Shown here: piece by piece, positions 23,178 to 35,729 of the stretch | How positions within the stretch are numbered: position 1 is the first letter of the stretch | How the letters are laid out: each line of letters starts with the position of its first letter | DNA from: Rhizodiscina lignyota | Lineage: Eukaryota | NCBI GenBank assembly: GCA_010015805.1 | Contig: ML978124.1 | Location: 62,001-126,000 of the forward strand | DNA length: 64,000 nt | Direction: 5' to 3' | Notes under the pieces: generated by a model | Seen by the model: only the letters and a program-made list of their open reading frames with translations | Databases searched by the model: none | What the model was told of the DNA's origin: nothing | Made by a program: the position numbers and the translations under genes

Positions 23178-25073
23178 ATGCCTCCTCATATTCCAAGCGC
23201 GCCAGCGACTGGTCTTTACGATACTCTGCGACTTACACATGAAAACGAAATCAGGCTCATGAGGCTAGTTCCGAACGAATCTGGGGATATCGCATGCGAT
23301 ATCCGTGTCGTCAGTCTCGAAGACAGGCCGCAGTATATTGCACTATCGTACACATGGGGACCTTCGACCGATGAGGACGAGGCGAGAGGCGTGACGAGTG
23401 ATCCGAAGAGTCGAATGTTCTGCAACAATCACAAGGTCCTGGTGACGGAGAATTTTCATGGTTTTCTTGTCAGAGCAGCGAAGAATCCTTCGCTCGCATC
23501 TAACGAGTTCTGGGTGGATATCATCAGCATCAATCAACATGACCAGGAGGAGCGCAGCAGCCAAGTTAACATGATGGCAACAATCTACAGCTCTGCAGCC
23601 TCCGTGGTAATATGGCTTGGCGAGGAAGATGAACACACTGAAGCAGCATTTGATATGATCAGGTTGTTGGGAAAATGCTCTGAGGACAGTCTCAAGAGGA
23701 TCACGCCTAGAAGGCTGGGTGGGGAGGAGATGCTTGATATTCTAGCGCCTCGCGGCGACACCTCATCCTGGGTTTCTGTCAAAAAGCTCTTCCAACGAAG
23801 GTACTTTACCCGGGCTTGGATCATCCAAGAGATCACACTGGCACCGAAGATAGATGCGCACTGTGGAGGCCATTCCGTTGAATGGCCGAATGTGATAAAG
23901 GTATCAAAATTCCTAACAGAGACGCCCTGGACGAGATGGATGGGCAGATTTCACGAGTCATATCACGCGGTTCCGAATCTCTTGGCCGCAAACAAGCGCA
24001 CAAAAATTACCGATGGCAAGAACATCATGTTGTACTCCCTTATCCGAGCTCGTCGATTCAGAGCATCTGACCCTCGGGATAAGATTTATTCTCTGCTCGG
24101 TGTTGCGGGGGATTCGGTACACGGAAAGCACGCTTTCAATCCCGTCTATGGAGAGAGATCAGCAGCAGAAGCGTACATCCTCGCAGCGACGCAGATACTC
24201 AAGGATTCGGATGATCTGCTCTTACTTGCACATGCAGAAGGAGAGAAATTCCGAAACCTCCAGCGCCCAACGGGTGATGCAAATACTCCTCTCCCTTCCT
24301 GGGTTCCCGACTGGAGCGCTCCACATAGTCTCGGGCTGGGAGTGACTGGTTACACAAGATTCAGGGCTGCGGGATATCTGGATAGAACTCTGCATATCGA
24401 TGAAATCAGTCAGCGCTTGATTATTGAAGGAATGCCTTTGGACAGCATTGAATTGTTTGGAGAGAGCAAAGACCAGGTTCTCAAGGGAGAACCATTTCCT
24501 CAGTGGTACCACCTTCTTAGCAACTTGTCAGAAGTTTATCATACTGGCCAATCTCGATCGGAAGTCTTCTGGAGGACTCTCATCACAGACACTTCCGGCC
24601 CACCGACCAAGCATCCGGCTCTATCTGAGTACGGACCTGCATTCTTCTCCTGGATTGAGCGGAAGCTGGATACAGTCCAGGCTATTGAAAAGTCTTCATT
24701 TCTAAGCACTCTTAAAGTCCAAAAAACAAAAGATCCTCCGGATGGCTTCAGTTCTCCAGAGAATGACATGTTACAGAGTTTAGGAGATGGAATATCCGTG
24801 GATGGTTACGAGACAACGTTCTCTCATTCCGCACATCTTCGGCCATTTTTGACTGTCGATGGATATTTCGGGATCGGTTCTGAGTCACTCCTTAAGGGAG
24901 ATTCGATATGGATCGTACGGGGCTCTCGGGTTCCACTGATTCTTCGGAAAGTCTCTTCGGGAGATAGCATCCTGGATGAATATTGCATTGTGGGAGGAGC
25001 ATATGTGCATGGCTTCATGCATGGGGAAGCGTTGGATTCGGGCTGCCCTTTCAAGGACATTGTCATCGTCTGA
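23178..25073 (+). CDS. HET-domain (HET-6-like) heterokaryon-incompatibility protein
   Basis: Intronless 631 aa; EIRL, YIALSYTWG, FWVDIISINQ, QVNMMATIY, YFTRAWIIQE, DPRDKIYSLLG, LPSWVPDWS and YVHGFMHGE. Confidence 0.93.
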   Translation: MPPHIPSAPATGLYDTLRLTHENEIRLMRLVPNESGDIACDIRVVSLEDRPQYIALSYTWGPSTDEDEARGVTSDPKSRMFCNNHKVLVTENFHGFLVRAAKNPSLASNEFWVDIISINQHDQEERSSQVNMMATIYSSAASVVIWLGEEDEHTEAAFDMIRLLGKCSEDSLKRITPRRLGGEEMLDILAPRGDTSSWVSVKKLFQRRYFTRAWIIQEITLAPKIDAHCGGHSVEWPNVIKVSKFLTETPWTRWMGRFHESYHAVPNLLAANKRTKITDGKNIMLYSLIRARRFRASDPRDKIYSLLGVAGDSVHGKHAFNPVYGERSAAEAYILAATQILKDSDDLLLLAHAEGEKFRNLQRPTGDANTPLPSWVPDWSAPHSLGLGVTGYTRFRAAGYLDRTLHIDEISQRLIIEGMPLDSIELFGESKDQVLKGEPFPQWYHLLSNLSEVYHTGQSRSEVFWRTLITDTSGPPTKHPALSEYGPAFFSWIERKLDTVQAIEKSSFLSTLKVQKTKDPPDGFSSPENDMLQSLGDGISVDGYETTFSHSAHLRPFLTVDGYFGIGSESLLKGDSIWIVRGSRVPLILRKVSSGDSILDEYCIVGGAYVHGFMHGEALDSGCPFKDIVIV

Positions 25074-26467
25074 TGTGACGCGTTCAACGGAGATTTTGGA
25101 TCTCCCAGATGAATAATACTGCAACGTCTCATGACCAAAGCCACACGGGCCTTGAAGTGAATAAACTCCGGCTGAACTGGAATAGGGACGCCGAAAAGTC
25201 AGAAAGCGTGACAATTGCACGCAATGAAATTGTCGCTGTAAACGGAAGGAAAGATGGACATGGTCTTCTTGAGAATACTGAGCCTGCCGCCAATCCCGTC
25301 ATAGTCTTGCTGCGGTTGCAACTGGTCCTGAGATGTGCTGAGAAATTCAATCCCTAATTCGGCTGGTGCCCGAAGCAAACTTCCGGTAAGCTACGGATCA
25401 ACGGGAGGGAGCTGCCTCTAACTTCCGCTATTTGCTCAATGCAAGATAAACGTGCATAATGCCGACAATAACACTGGGGCAAGCAAAGAAGGACGACAAG
25501 GGTGCGGTGAGAAGCTTAAAAAGGCAAAATCGACCTCTCAGACGAAGACACTGCCACTGGAATGAATTGACGTATGCCGATGAGAATCAGTGCACTTAAT
25601 TGGAGCAGCGACTTTACTTGATATCAAACGAGTTGTTGAGGTTCTGGTGATTCTGCGTCGGTTCAAGGCGTTCGGCGAAAGCTGTTAGGCCTTGGTGGCT
25701 TGCTTTGCCCCCGCAGCAAGTGCCAAGCTACCAGCCTCTCCACCGCGATCATTTAACCGCCTCATTTGTCATTCTGTACCGTCCTGCTGCACCGGTGACA
25801 TTGATAAATCTTCGCATTCGGAGCGAGGAAGACGAACTTCCCGGCCGTGCAACGCGTATCACGTCTTTTCGATTTCCAACTTGGCGACCGAGAGGAGGAA
25901 CTCCGGTAAGTTCGGCCACCCGCCAAGGATGAATTGCAGAGAAGGGGTACGTCAACAGTGGCACTCGTCCCTTACAGGAAACTGAAAGCAAGGCTAATGA
26001 CTCTTTCCAGGATACCTTCGAGTCTTTCCAACGATCACGTTGTTACTCCTGACGCCTCCGACCAGCTTTTCCCAGCCGACGGGGAAAGCATGAACTGCCC
26101 ATCTCTGCATCCGATCGTTCCCTAACGAGACGCCCTGCAGCTGCCGAACGCCATGAAGCTGTATAATCGAATAATATTCAAATGATTTGTATTACTTGCA
26201 GCGATCATGTATTACGATCCTTCTACTCCGCTCATGAGGTAACACCACTGAACGTGAACGGTGAATTATGAACCGACACGCGCGTCTTCTCGCGGCGTTC
26301 ACGCACGCGTCCCGTGGGAGATGAAGAAAGACTTTCTCTGCGGGGCAGGAAGAATCATATGGAGCTAGAACACACGAAAATGAAGGGCTGGTATATATTC
26401 TGATCGGATTCTCTACTTTCTCCACTTCTTTCGTATCTTGCACCGCTCCGCGAGAAGTTTGCTCACA

Positions 26468-28251
26468 ATGCTTCAAATTTTCGCTCTGTTTGCGGTCTTC
26501 CTCGCGCCAGTCCTCTCGGACTCGAGCCATTTCCCAGGCTCAAGCCACTTCTCTCCATCCCACGGCAACTCTTTGTGGAACGGCTGGGGTGGCGGTATCC
26601 TCAATAACCGCTGGGCTTCGAGCAACACCCAAGTCAATTCTGCCAGCATTAAAAGTCTCTCTGCGAACTGCAAACATGTATACGATTCGGGTGTTAGCGC
26701 GACCCCAACTGTCGGCGAGGATGGGTATGTCTGTTCTTTGATACGTGACAAAGATATCTAGATTGATAATCTACAGCATCGTCTACTACCCTACTTGGGA
26801 AGGTCGTCTCGTTGCGCTGGACTACACTACTTGCAAAGTGAAGTGGGAGATCAACGTTACGGAAATCATCCTGAACTTCGGGCCACAACTCTCTACAAAC
26901 ACCTTCGTTCCGGCGGTTGCCCGTACCAGCCCTCAGATCAGCAATGGTGTTCTCTACTTTGGAACTTTGCTCAACTGCCTCATGGTAGCCGTGAAACTCG
27001 AAGACGGCAGTGTCCTTGACACCTTCCAGCTCAACTCGAATCAGTATGCAATCGTAACGATGAGCCCAACCCTGTACAACGGCCATCTGTTCATCGGAGC
27101 GTCGAGCATGGAAGAGACTGCAGCCGACCGCATTCCAAACTACAAGTGCTGCACCTTCACCGGTAACGTGATGGCACTTACTTTCGACGGCTCCAAGTTC
27201 CATGCTGCTTGGAACATCAGCATGATCCCCGACGATGAGGTTGCCATGGGCTGGACCGGAAACGCCATTTGGGGCAGTCAGCCGGCCATCGATGTGAAGC
27301 GCAACCAAGTCTTCTTCGCAACGGGTAACGTCTACTCCGTGCCAGATGTCATTACAAAATGCCAACAACAGACGGCGAACATCACTGCAATCTCTACAGG
27401 CTTGGTTCCCGAGTCTTGCCTGCCAAGCGATGTGTGGCAGGAGGCTGTTCTCGCGATTGACATTGATGATGGTCTTGTGAACTGGGTTCGTCAGCTCTCG
27501 CCGCTCGACTCTTGGACAGGTGAGTGAAAATAGATCATCTGGCACTAAAGCAGCACATCACTGAGGTTGTACAACAGTCGCTTGCGGTATCCCGGGACGC
27601 CTTCCGAAGATCCCAGAAGTCTGCACAGGCGTACCCGGTCCTGACGCCGATTTCGGCATGGCTCCAGCATATGTCCCAGGCAATGCAAACACTCCCTTTG
27701 GCCGCGATATCGTGGTCGTCGGGCAGAAGAATGGCAACCTGCATGCACTGAATGCCCAGACCGGGTCGCTGTTCTGGTCTGTCGCCACGAGCCCTGACGG
27801 CACTGGTGGTGGCCTGTCTTGGGGTGTTGCAGCTGATGATACACGCGCTTACTTCACTGCTATCAATGCGAACCTCAAGCCATACCACCTGATTCCGTCG
27901 AACCAGAGTGTACACACCAGCGCGTTTGGCGCGGCTTCTTTGACAGATGGACGCATCGAGTGGGAGACGGTCGTGCCGTTTGGTCAAGCGGCGTATGTCC
28001 CACCCACTGTTGTTGGCGACATTGTCATTGCGGGCAGAACTGGACTCGACCAGGGTCATGGAGTGCTAGCGAATACAACCGGCGGTCTTATTGTGATGAA
28101 TAAGGCCACTGGCGAGATTTTACAGGACATGGAGCTCGATGCTAACTTTCACGGTGGCATTGCGGTGCAGGGAGATTATCTGATGTTCGGCACTGGATAT
28201 TCGGGTCTGAACACTACAGGAACTTTCGTAGTCGCGAAGATTGGTAAATAG
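26468..28251 (+). CDS. Secreted quinoprotein-type (PQQ-like) beta-propeller, polyvinyl-alcohol-dehydrogenase-like
   Basis: Signal peptide; WNGWGG..NNR, VSATP, ARTSP, YKCCTFTG, AIWGSQP, FFATGN, DADFGMAP, GQKNG and GGLSWG; two introns. Confidence 0.82.
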
Positions 28252-28948
28252 AGCGCTGGTCGTGTCGGACTGGTTCCGATGCTTGTCGCTGCGTAGATGA
28301 TATGACTCATGTCCGCCTCCGCGCAGGAAAAATTAGCAGTCAGCTTTGACTGAAGAGATTAACCTGTTAAATCAGCAATATTTTCCAAACACGATGTATA
28401 TATCTTACGCTATATAGGGGAGCCAGTTCTAGTGAGCGAATGCCATCTATAACAGCGACTCGTTTCCGCGACAATAAAAGCAAATCTTCTAAAGCAGAGC
28501 TAGTAAGCTGCCTCCTGACAATTTCGAATGTAAGCTCACCAATACGCAGAAGCTTCTTGTAAGTGCTGAAAGCAATTGTAATAGAGCGGCTCGATACAAC
28601 GAGGCTGGCCAAACAGCGTGCTCATCACTTGGCTGCTCGTATTTCTTCATTTGATACTACCTTGCTGATATCCCGTTATCCCCTTAACTCATTAGAATGG
28701 CCAGAGACAGACCGGTTGGGTAGTGACATAACTACATTTGCTTTCACTGGTCGAAATGGAGATTCTGTATGCATGAGTACATAGCCGCGCTCTTCGCAGA
28801 AACGAGAAGCGAGGAGCATTCCCAATGGCGGAACAAAAGCATCAGCTGAATTATATTGCACAAAAGGGTAGCTTTTCGAGTTCCTCGATGATATACAGAG
28901 TAACCAGCGAACCGATGTTCATTTTAAGCCGACGCGCCAAAAAGGTCT

Positions 28949-28960
28949 GTGGCCAATAGG
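28949..28960 (+). promoter_or_regulatory. Candidate CCAAT box upstream of SDH4
   Basis: GGCCAATAG about 150 nt upstream of a respiratory-complex gene; short motif, function inferred. Confidence 0.3.
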
Positions 28961-29100
28961 AGGCGGTCCAAAAGTGCTTAGGAAACGCCGCATCACGTGC
29001 GCTGGACCTCGGAAGAAGTCGCACCATCTCGACATCACCAAGCCAGCACATCTAAGCTCCGCCAGACTCCCCACAGCCTCTCCACTCCAATCCAGCGGCA

Positions 29101-29831
29101 ATGGCTTCAATTGCGCGTCCCATGCTGCTTAGGCAGTGCTGCAACGCCTCTGCCGCCCGCGCTGCTCTCCGCCCGTCCACGTTCAGATCGATCACACCAC
29201 TCGCGCGACAGCCGCTGAAGTCGCAGTTCGTTCGCGATACACTTCCCATTTCTTCGAGGGTAGCTGCGTTCCATGCGGAGGGAAGGAAGGCGATTCTTCC
29301 TCCGCTGCCGCGTATGTTCCGCTGCTGCGCTGCTTGCGGCAGTCATACCCCGCGATACCATAAGAAGAGTTGTCTAATAGCATGATAGAGCGAGTTGAAG
29401 GCACAACAAATGATCCAGTGCATATACCTAGCCCGTCACCGAGTCATGGAAGCTACCATTGGACTGCTGAGAGGTCCGTTCGATTGTTACAACTCTACTA
29501 AACCGAGAAACTAGAATCTGAAACTGACAACATGATGTAATACAGAGTGATCGCCGCAGCTCTCATCCCTCTAACTGTCGCCCCCTTCGCCGGTGCCTCA
29601 CTCAATCCTGTCACGGACGGTATCCTCTGCGCCTTGCTTGTTGCTCACTCGCACATTGGCTTCCAAGCCTGCATCATCGACTACTTCCCCACCTGGCGTG
29701 TGCCAGGCGTACGAAAGGGACTGAATTGGGTGCTAAACATCAGCACGGTCATCGTGCTAATTGGTCTCTATGAGTTTGAGACAAATGATGTCGGAATCGT
29801 GGAGGCAGTTAAGAGGGTTTGGAAAGCTTAA
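29101..29831 (+). CDS. SDH4: Succinate dehydrogenase cytochrome b small (membrane anchor) subunit, CybS
   Basis: Arg/Ala/Ser-rich mitochondrial presequence; two introns; ILPPLP, HGSYHWTAER, HSHIGFQACIIDY and GLYEFETNDVGI. Confidence 0.95.
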
Positions 29832-30095
29832 ATGTGGATATGTATTATATGCAAAGACCGAGTGCAGGAACGAAGATCGGATTTTCCAATAGGAAAGCGC
29901 CTGGCTTTTGGATGAGATACAACAAGAAATCGAAGGAAAGAACAGATGAAGCGCCAATTTATATGCGGTTTCTAGATTTCGGTCCCCCAGACTCCACGCT
30001 GCAAAACCGAGCACGCAAATTGGATGGCATCTCAAATGCCTTTCCAAACCCCAGTCACCTTTCGAACTATACCAATATGCACAAGAACTCTCTGT

Positions 30096-32596
30096 TTATG
30101 CTCTCTCCTCATCCGCCGCACCCTTGATCTTAGATTTCTCCCATCTCAACCTCGCATCTTCTTCTTCCATATCCGCATCTCTCCTCCCATCCCTCGGCAA
30201 CATAACAGCCTTGTCTATCGCAACTGGCAAGCCCCTATGCCTTCCTCTGATCATGACCGCACATAAGATCAACTTGCTCAGCACATGCCAGCTACCACTG
30301 AAGCTGTATGCGTTATTCGGCACACCAACGCTAATGCCCACGGTAGCATAGCCGCTCACGACTTCGAAGATAACGTTGAACACGCTGAAATCAGCAGGAT
30401 CTCTCTCAAACTGCCCGCCCTCGATGATCGTGATCAGCCAGATGGCAAGCACAAGCCACCACAGATCGTGCGCGAGCTGTGCGCGGAGCTGCTGTTGCAC
30501 GAAGTATGACTTCTCGTGTTTGTGATTTGTGTCTGGCGAGCCTGCTCGAGTATTTTGTTTACTCAGGCCGCCTGAATGGCCCATCAGAGCACCGAAGAGA
30601 GACCGCTTTCGTTGCTTTTTGTTGCGCTCATAATCCTCGTAACCGGGGTCGTCCGCGTAAATGCCAAGGCTGCGCTCCTCGTAGACATTGCTATTGCGGA
30701 TGGTGATGACGACGGGGTAGACGGAGATGTACATCATCACGACGTACAATACTTGCAGGCTGATACGCGTGCTTGGAATCGGGACAACATAGAAGCCGCC
30801 GCTCCGGACGGCGAAGGCTTGGAAGAGACCGTCGAGGAACTCGATTCCAGGAGAAAGGTGAGTAATGGCTTTGTTGCCTATATTTAGGATTGAAAACATC
30901 GCACAGTCAACGCCATTGAGCACAATGACGGTGGCAAAGAGCCACCACGTTTCGCGGGAAGGGAATAGGTTCGTATAAACACGACGTGGGTGATCAAGCA
31001 GAAATCGCAACGTGCATTTGAAATCATCAACTCTGCCTCTCGCGTCATTGGGGCATAGACGCCACATTGCCCAGATGATAAGGCGGAGGAAGACGGGGTA
31101 ACTGGCTTTAATTAGTAAGACGTTCACAACACACATGTGATGAGGACGGGTGGCTTACCAAGTGTTGCCAGCGAGAATGAAAAGACTCATACTGAGCAAC
31201 ATGTAAACGCTGTCCTGGAATGCCACCATGTTTGCATCAAGCAAGCTCATGCCTGAGTTGTTGAATGCGCTAACCGCATTAAATGCTCCAGTCCACCAAG
31301 GATTCAGCCCGTTCTCTCTTGTTGCAGCAGATCTATCGTTGGTAATGTACGCGCCAAGGCCAATGCAGCCAAGGAGCTGCCATGCAATGAAGTACGCCGG
31401 GACAAGCCACGCGAGCAGTCTAACTGCTTTGTACTCGATACCGCCCAGTCGCTCGCGGTCATCCTCGCTCATGTGGTGAAATGTGGAGTTGCGTGCAAGG
31501 ACGCCAGACGTGAAGAAGTGATGGTGCAATTCTTGGGACTCTGTACCTTCAGCTTGCTCTGGGATGTTGCGGAGGCGCGGCTCGAATGATACCCGAGAAA
31601 TAGTTGACATACTGCGGGTGCGTGAGGTTGGACGGGCGCCGATTCCATTCCGAGGGAGAAGGTGAGAGAGGACAGGATGGTCGTGCTCGCCTTGGGCGTC
31701 GAGATCCGCAGGGTCACGCAGAGGTCGCGGAGTAGAACCAAAAGTGATTCGGGTTTCAGATGCTGGTGACCTCATGATTGTTTGTTGCGATCTTTCCGTA
31801 CGCATTTCAGGCATGCTTTGCGAATCGTCTGTGTCTACTCTCAAATCCGGTCGCCGATCCCTCAATGTGTCAGCATCTTGCGTTACATTTGAAGCCGACG
31901 CCAGCGTATCGTCTTCTCCGGTCTTTGGAGACGCCTCCCTTGGCGTATTTTCTTCTCTGACTTTCGAAAACGACCTTCCCCTTTCAATCTCTCCATTCTC
32001 TTTCTCGGAATTTTCGGGAATAACAGTACCGTTCAATTTGTTGGCTTCAGGATCCCTTTGTAGAGTTACGGGGCGACTGAAGGTCCTTGCACGGGTCAAT
32101 GTTCGCGAGAGAGGTAGCAGCGTTTTCCTCCTCCGAATGCGACGCTCGAGATCAATTTCAGACAGGAAACGATCCTCGAAGGCGTTTCGTCGAACATGTA
32201 CGACAAATGCAGATACGAAAACGGTAGAGCCCATCATGATCAGAACGAACAGCATGAACTGCTGCCACGTATTAAGCTGCGAAAGATTGACAGTATTGAG
32301 ACCTGCCAAAGTCATCGCACTCGCTGGAGGCTTATCAGTACATGGATTAAATAGCGACAGAGATGCAACGTACTCGTGAGAAAAAGGGAGTCCGTGAAAC
32401 TAACAGATCTAAATGGTGTTGATGAGCCCCAGAAGATGAGCGCTGAAAGTAACGCTGTGCCGATGAAATAAATATAGTGAATCTGAATAAAATTGAGATC
32501 TGTAATTGTCGCCAAGGTACTTTGGAAAGCATTTCCAATCAACCTCGACGCTGTTAAGCGACGAGACGGTCTATCCTTTGTCTCGTCGCTCGCCAT
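30096..32596 (-). CDS. Trk-family K+ transporter
   Basis: NFIQIHYIYF, SAMTLAGLNTV, GGIEYKAV, SAFNNSGMSLLD, LAGNT, RSGGF, FEVVSGYATVGIS and RGRHRGLP; two introns. Confidence 0.93.
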
Positions 32597-32999
32597 TATA
32601 GGATCGCGTAAGAGCTGAGAGATGCTGGGCAGGGATTGGGAGATGCCTTCCGCGTAGACGCGCGGAAGGCCGCGAGAAGGTTCGACGACCAGTTCACCAA
32701 GTCAGAAGGCAATCAGGCGTAGACTGGACATCGAAGTATGGCAGTATTGATGAAGAATAGATGTGGAAGTGAGAATCGCGCCGAGTCGTGTTCGAGTCTT
32801 AGAAGATACGTCAGTGGAAAGCTGCAGGGTTATCTGTACAGGGGTATCCACGCGCGAGGAAAAGGAGAAAGGAGTCGCTCTGTTTACACGTGACTATACG
32901 CCCAGCTGGGTTAGTGTGCTTGGCGCGTTGACTCAGCAACATTGCACCCGGCACTCTCTGGCTCAATTGTGCTCATCCTTGCGCTGCCATAATGTACTC

Positions 33000-34169
33000 A
33001 TGCTCTCCGACTTATGCTCAATCAACCTTGACCTCGGTCTTGTTGAGAAATTCGTCGAATTGAGCGCGAGTTCAAGGTTGGGCACTAATACCGACCGGCC
33101 CAAGTCATGGATGTTTGCCCTTCCGAAACTATTCGCCGATTCTAAGACCGCTTCCGTGAGATATAGCATCCTGGCTGCATCCTTGTTATCCTTTGCAGTT
33201 GTGCACCATAACAAGAGTGCCGAGCTAGAAGCTGTCCGATGGTACCTTGCCGGCCTAGAAAGCCATCGGTCGTCAATCCAGGACTTCACTCTCACTAGTG
33301 CAATGGACACGCTAGGCCCAGACAAGGACATTTTTGCGCCCATGATGTTTCTCTATTTCAAGGTGATGGGAAGAACGACGAGCGTTTCTTGGGCACATCA
33401 TATAGCCGCCGCTGTTAAGACGATCGAATCTCGAGGACCTCATCATTATCGTACCGGCTATGATCACGTCACATTCAGGTCTCTTCGCCCATATGCGGTA
33501 CTTATAAGGCCTAAATAATGTTATTCTCGGGGAGCCTTAAGCTAACTAGGGCCTTGCAGGCTTTCAAATCCATCCTTCGCAACGATCCCTGCAGCCTTGC
33601 TTCCCAAGAATGGTGTGAAGCTCTGTTTGGTGGATAGCGGCGATTTGTGTGATTCTCTCCGCAAGGTTCCGGATCTCGGCGAGTCAGAACGACAAGCTCT
33701 CGAGAGGGAGATATTGGTCGTCCTTCAAAATCTGGAAAACTGGTGGTGGCAATTCAAACAGGAGATTGGCGTCGTTGCGCAACCTACCACCGATCTGATT
33801 GATGATATCTCTGAGTCATTCACGATTCCACCGACTGTCAAGTTTATGTATCCCGACACATTGACCGCCAAGTCAGTCTCGTTGTATAACTCCATGAACA
33901 TTATTATTTATTCTGCGTTGGTCGCTCTCGAGGAGTGCAAATCGTCAGAGTTTAGGGGCATCTCTCCCATTCAGCGGTATCATTTTGTTATCGACTATCA
34001 TTCATCCTCGATTTTGGCCGCAGCTGCATACCAGCATTGGCGGCATCCGTTCTGTGGAGATACGCTGCGGACCGCTTTCTCTTTGAAGATCGTATCGTTG
34101 CTGGCTATTGACGAGGTGCATCGATGGGATGCACAAAGGATGATTGAAGATTGGGGAGTGGAGAGCTGA
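33000..34169 (+). pseudogene. Fungal-specific transcription factor domain (Fungal_trans_2-like) gene, probably broken
   Basis: AVRWYLAGL, WAHHIAAA..IESRGP; after the intron the frame reads CSLASQEWCEALFGG* (TAG 33635-33637) while the rest lies in another frame; no Zn2Cys6 motif found upstream. Confidence 0.55.
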
Positions 34170-34649
34170 TATATGCTCGATTCATTGGCCGCTCTTTGCA
34201 GTGTTGAATGTGCCTGGTGAAGGCAATTCTTCATCATGAGTTACAACGCGCGACTGTAGGAAATATCTACTAGCATTCTCCTAACACAACAGTGAATGAA
34301 GTTTACCCATAGCCATCTTCTTCCACTGACAAAAAGAGGAGCAAATGTTTTCTCACAATCTAGGAAGATCAGTCTTGGTGCATCAGTAAGTGAAACCCCA
34401 ACCAACACAGAGCTGCTGCCTCTATGGTCTTTAGCTGAGTTTATTTTAGATGCCAGTTTCTGATTTGATCTCCTCTCTGTTGAGCGAGAGACATCAGCGG
34501 ACAGGATGTTCTACTGGGTCGAGCAGGAAGGTCAACATTTTATAAAGGCTGCTTACTATACGAGCATGATTGGTTGGTTGGCTAAAATGACCTTCTGACA
34601 ACCACGTCTAGCAGTAAAGACTATGAGAAACATCCACGTATCTGGGGTT

Positions 34650-35729
34650 TCACGGACCCTTGCGCACGCTTTCCATCTGAACCAAGCACCGATTGATGAA
34701 TCTCTGGATCTCTTGATTGTTACTTTCAATCGCCATTAAGTGGCCATTCCCGTGAATACCCTTATCAACCAGATAGACGTGCTCTACAGACACGCCTGCG
34801 TCGCGGAGAAACTCCACTGTCAAATGGTCAAATGTCGTATCGTATGAAGCCTCCGCTGTGACCACTACGACGGGAATCGATGCCAAGTTGACCAAATGTC
34901 TCGCCGGGCTTTTCTGACGACAGCCGCTTGCCAGCCCAGCTTCCTGGGGTTTGGGATTATAGTAACGCTCATAGCTGAGCTGCGTCGCATTGATTTCGAG
35001 TGGAGGTGAGTACTGAAGGGGAGTTGAAGTGATGCCAAAGGGATGAGCCAATATTCCCACAATTTGAGGCCGTTTGTCGAAGGGAGGGAAGTCAGGGTAT
35101 TCAAAAGGCGGACCATGGGGCTCCAAAGCCACAATCCCCTTGATCGAGTCAGGACACTCGTCCGCAATGTGCCAACCCAGCGGTCCAGATTGCGAATGCG
35201 TCACCAGGTAGGCAGGCCCGGTTTTTAAGAGAAGAGCCCGAAAAGCCTTGCGGACCAGTTGCTCCATTATCTTGTAATCTGCGATATGGCCGACCTGGCT
35301 GGCATAAAAAGCATCAAAATTAGCATCTCGCATCTTGCCAGTCCCCGGCCATTGTGTGTGCAGCTTAGCTGTTGGCCAGGAATCCAGGTTGGGCGCAGTG
35401 AAGGTAGCTTGCAGTTCCTCGGCGGTGTAATGTGTCAGAGGACCCATGTCAACATGATGATATCGAGATCTACCTATGCCGGGGAGGTCGACGACATAGC
35501 AATCCCGCCCTTCTTGTACTTGTAGCAGTGCCAGCCCAGGTTGGCCGTCTGGAGTGGCTTCGAAGTGCGACCTAGTCTGTGCGGCGCCGTGAATGAAAAT
35601 TATTGCGGGACAATGATGGATGCCTTTAGTATAGTGTCGGATGCACATCTGTCCGGACATATGGGTCCCTTTCCCGTCCCGTATGTACTCTCCTCCGACG
35701 TAGAAGACACTAGGGGGGTGAGAAATCAT
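34650..35729 (-). CDS. Alpha/beta-fold hydrolase
   Basis: FYVGG..GQM, IFIHG, TPDG, VDLPGIGRS, HTQWPGTG, nucleophile elbow THSQSG, LEPHGPPF and GIHGNGHLM; intronless. Confidence 0.88.
   Translation of the reverse strand: MISHPPSVFYVGGEYIRDGKGTHMSGQMCIRHYTKGIHHCPAIIFIHGAAQTRSHFEATPDGQPGLALLQVQEGRDCYVVDLPGIGRSRYHHVDMGPLTHYTAEELQATFTAPNLDSWPTAKLHTQWPGTGKMRDANFDAFYASQVGHIADYKIMEQLVRKAFRALLLKTGPAYLVTHSQSGPLGWHIADECPDSIKGIVALEPHGPPFEYPDFPPFDKRPQIVGILAHPFGITSTPLQYSPPLEINATQLSYERYYNPKPQEAGLASGCRQKSPARHLVNLASIPVVVVTAEASYDTTFDHLTVEFLRDAGVSVEHVYLVDKGIHGNGHLMAIESNNQEIQRFINRCLVQMESVRKGP

Noticed and set aside
26694..27545. 283-aa antisense ORF (likewise 18851-19351, 31744-32379, 47158-47688)
   Set aside because: Shadows of well-supported genes on the opposite strand, with no recognisable motifs.
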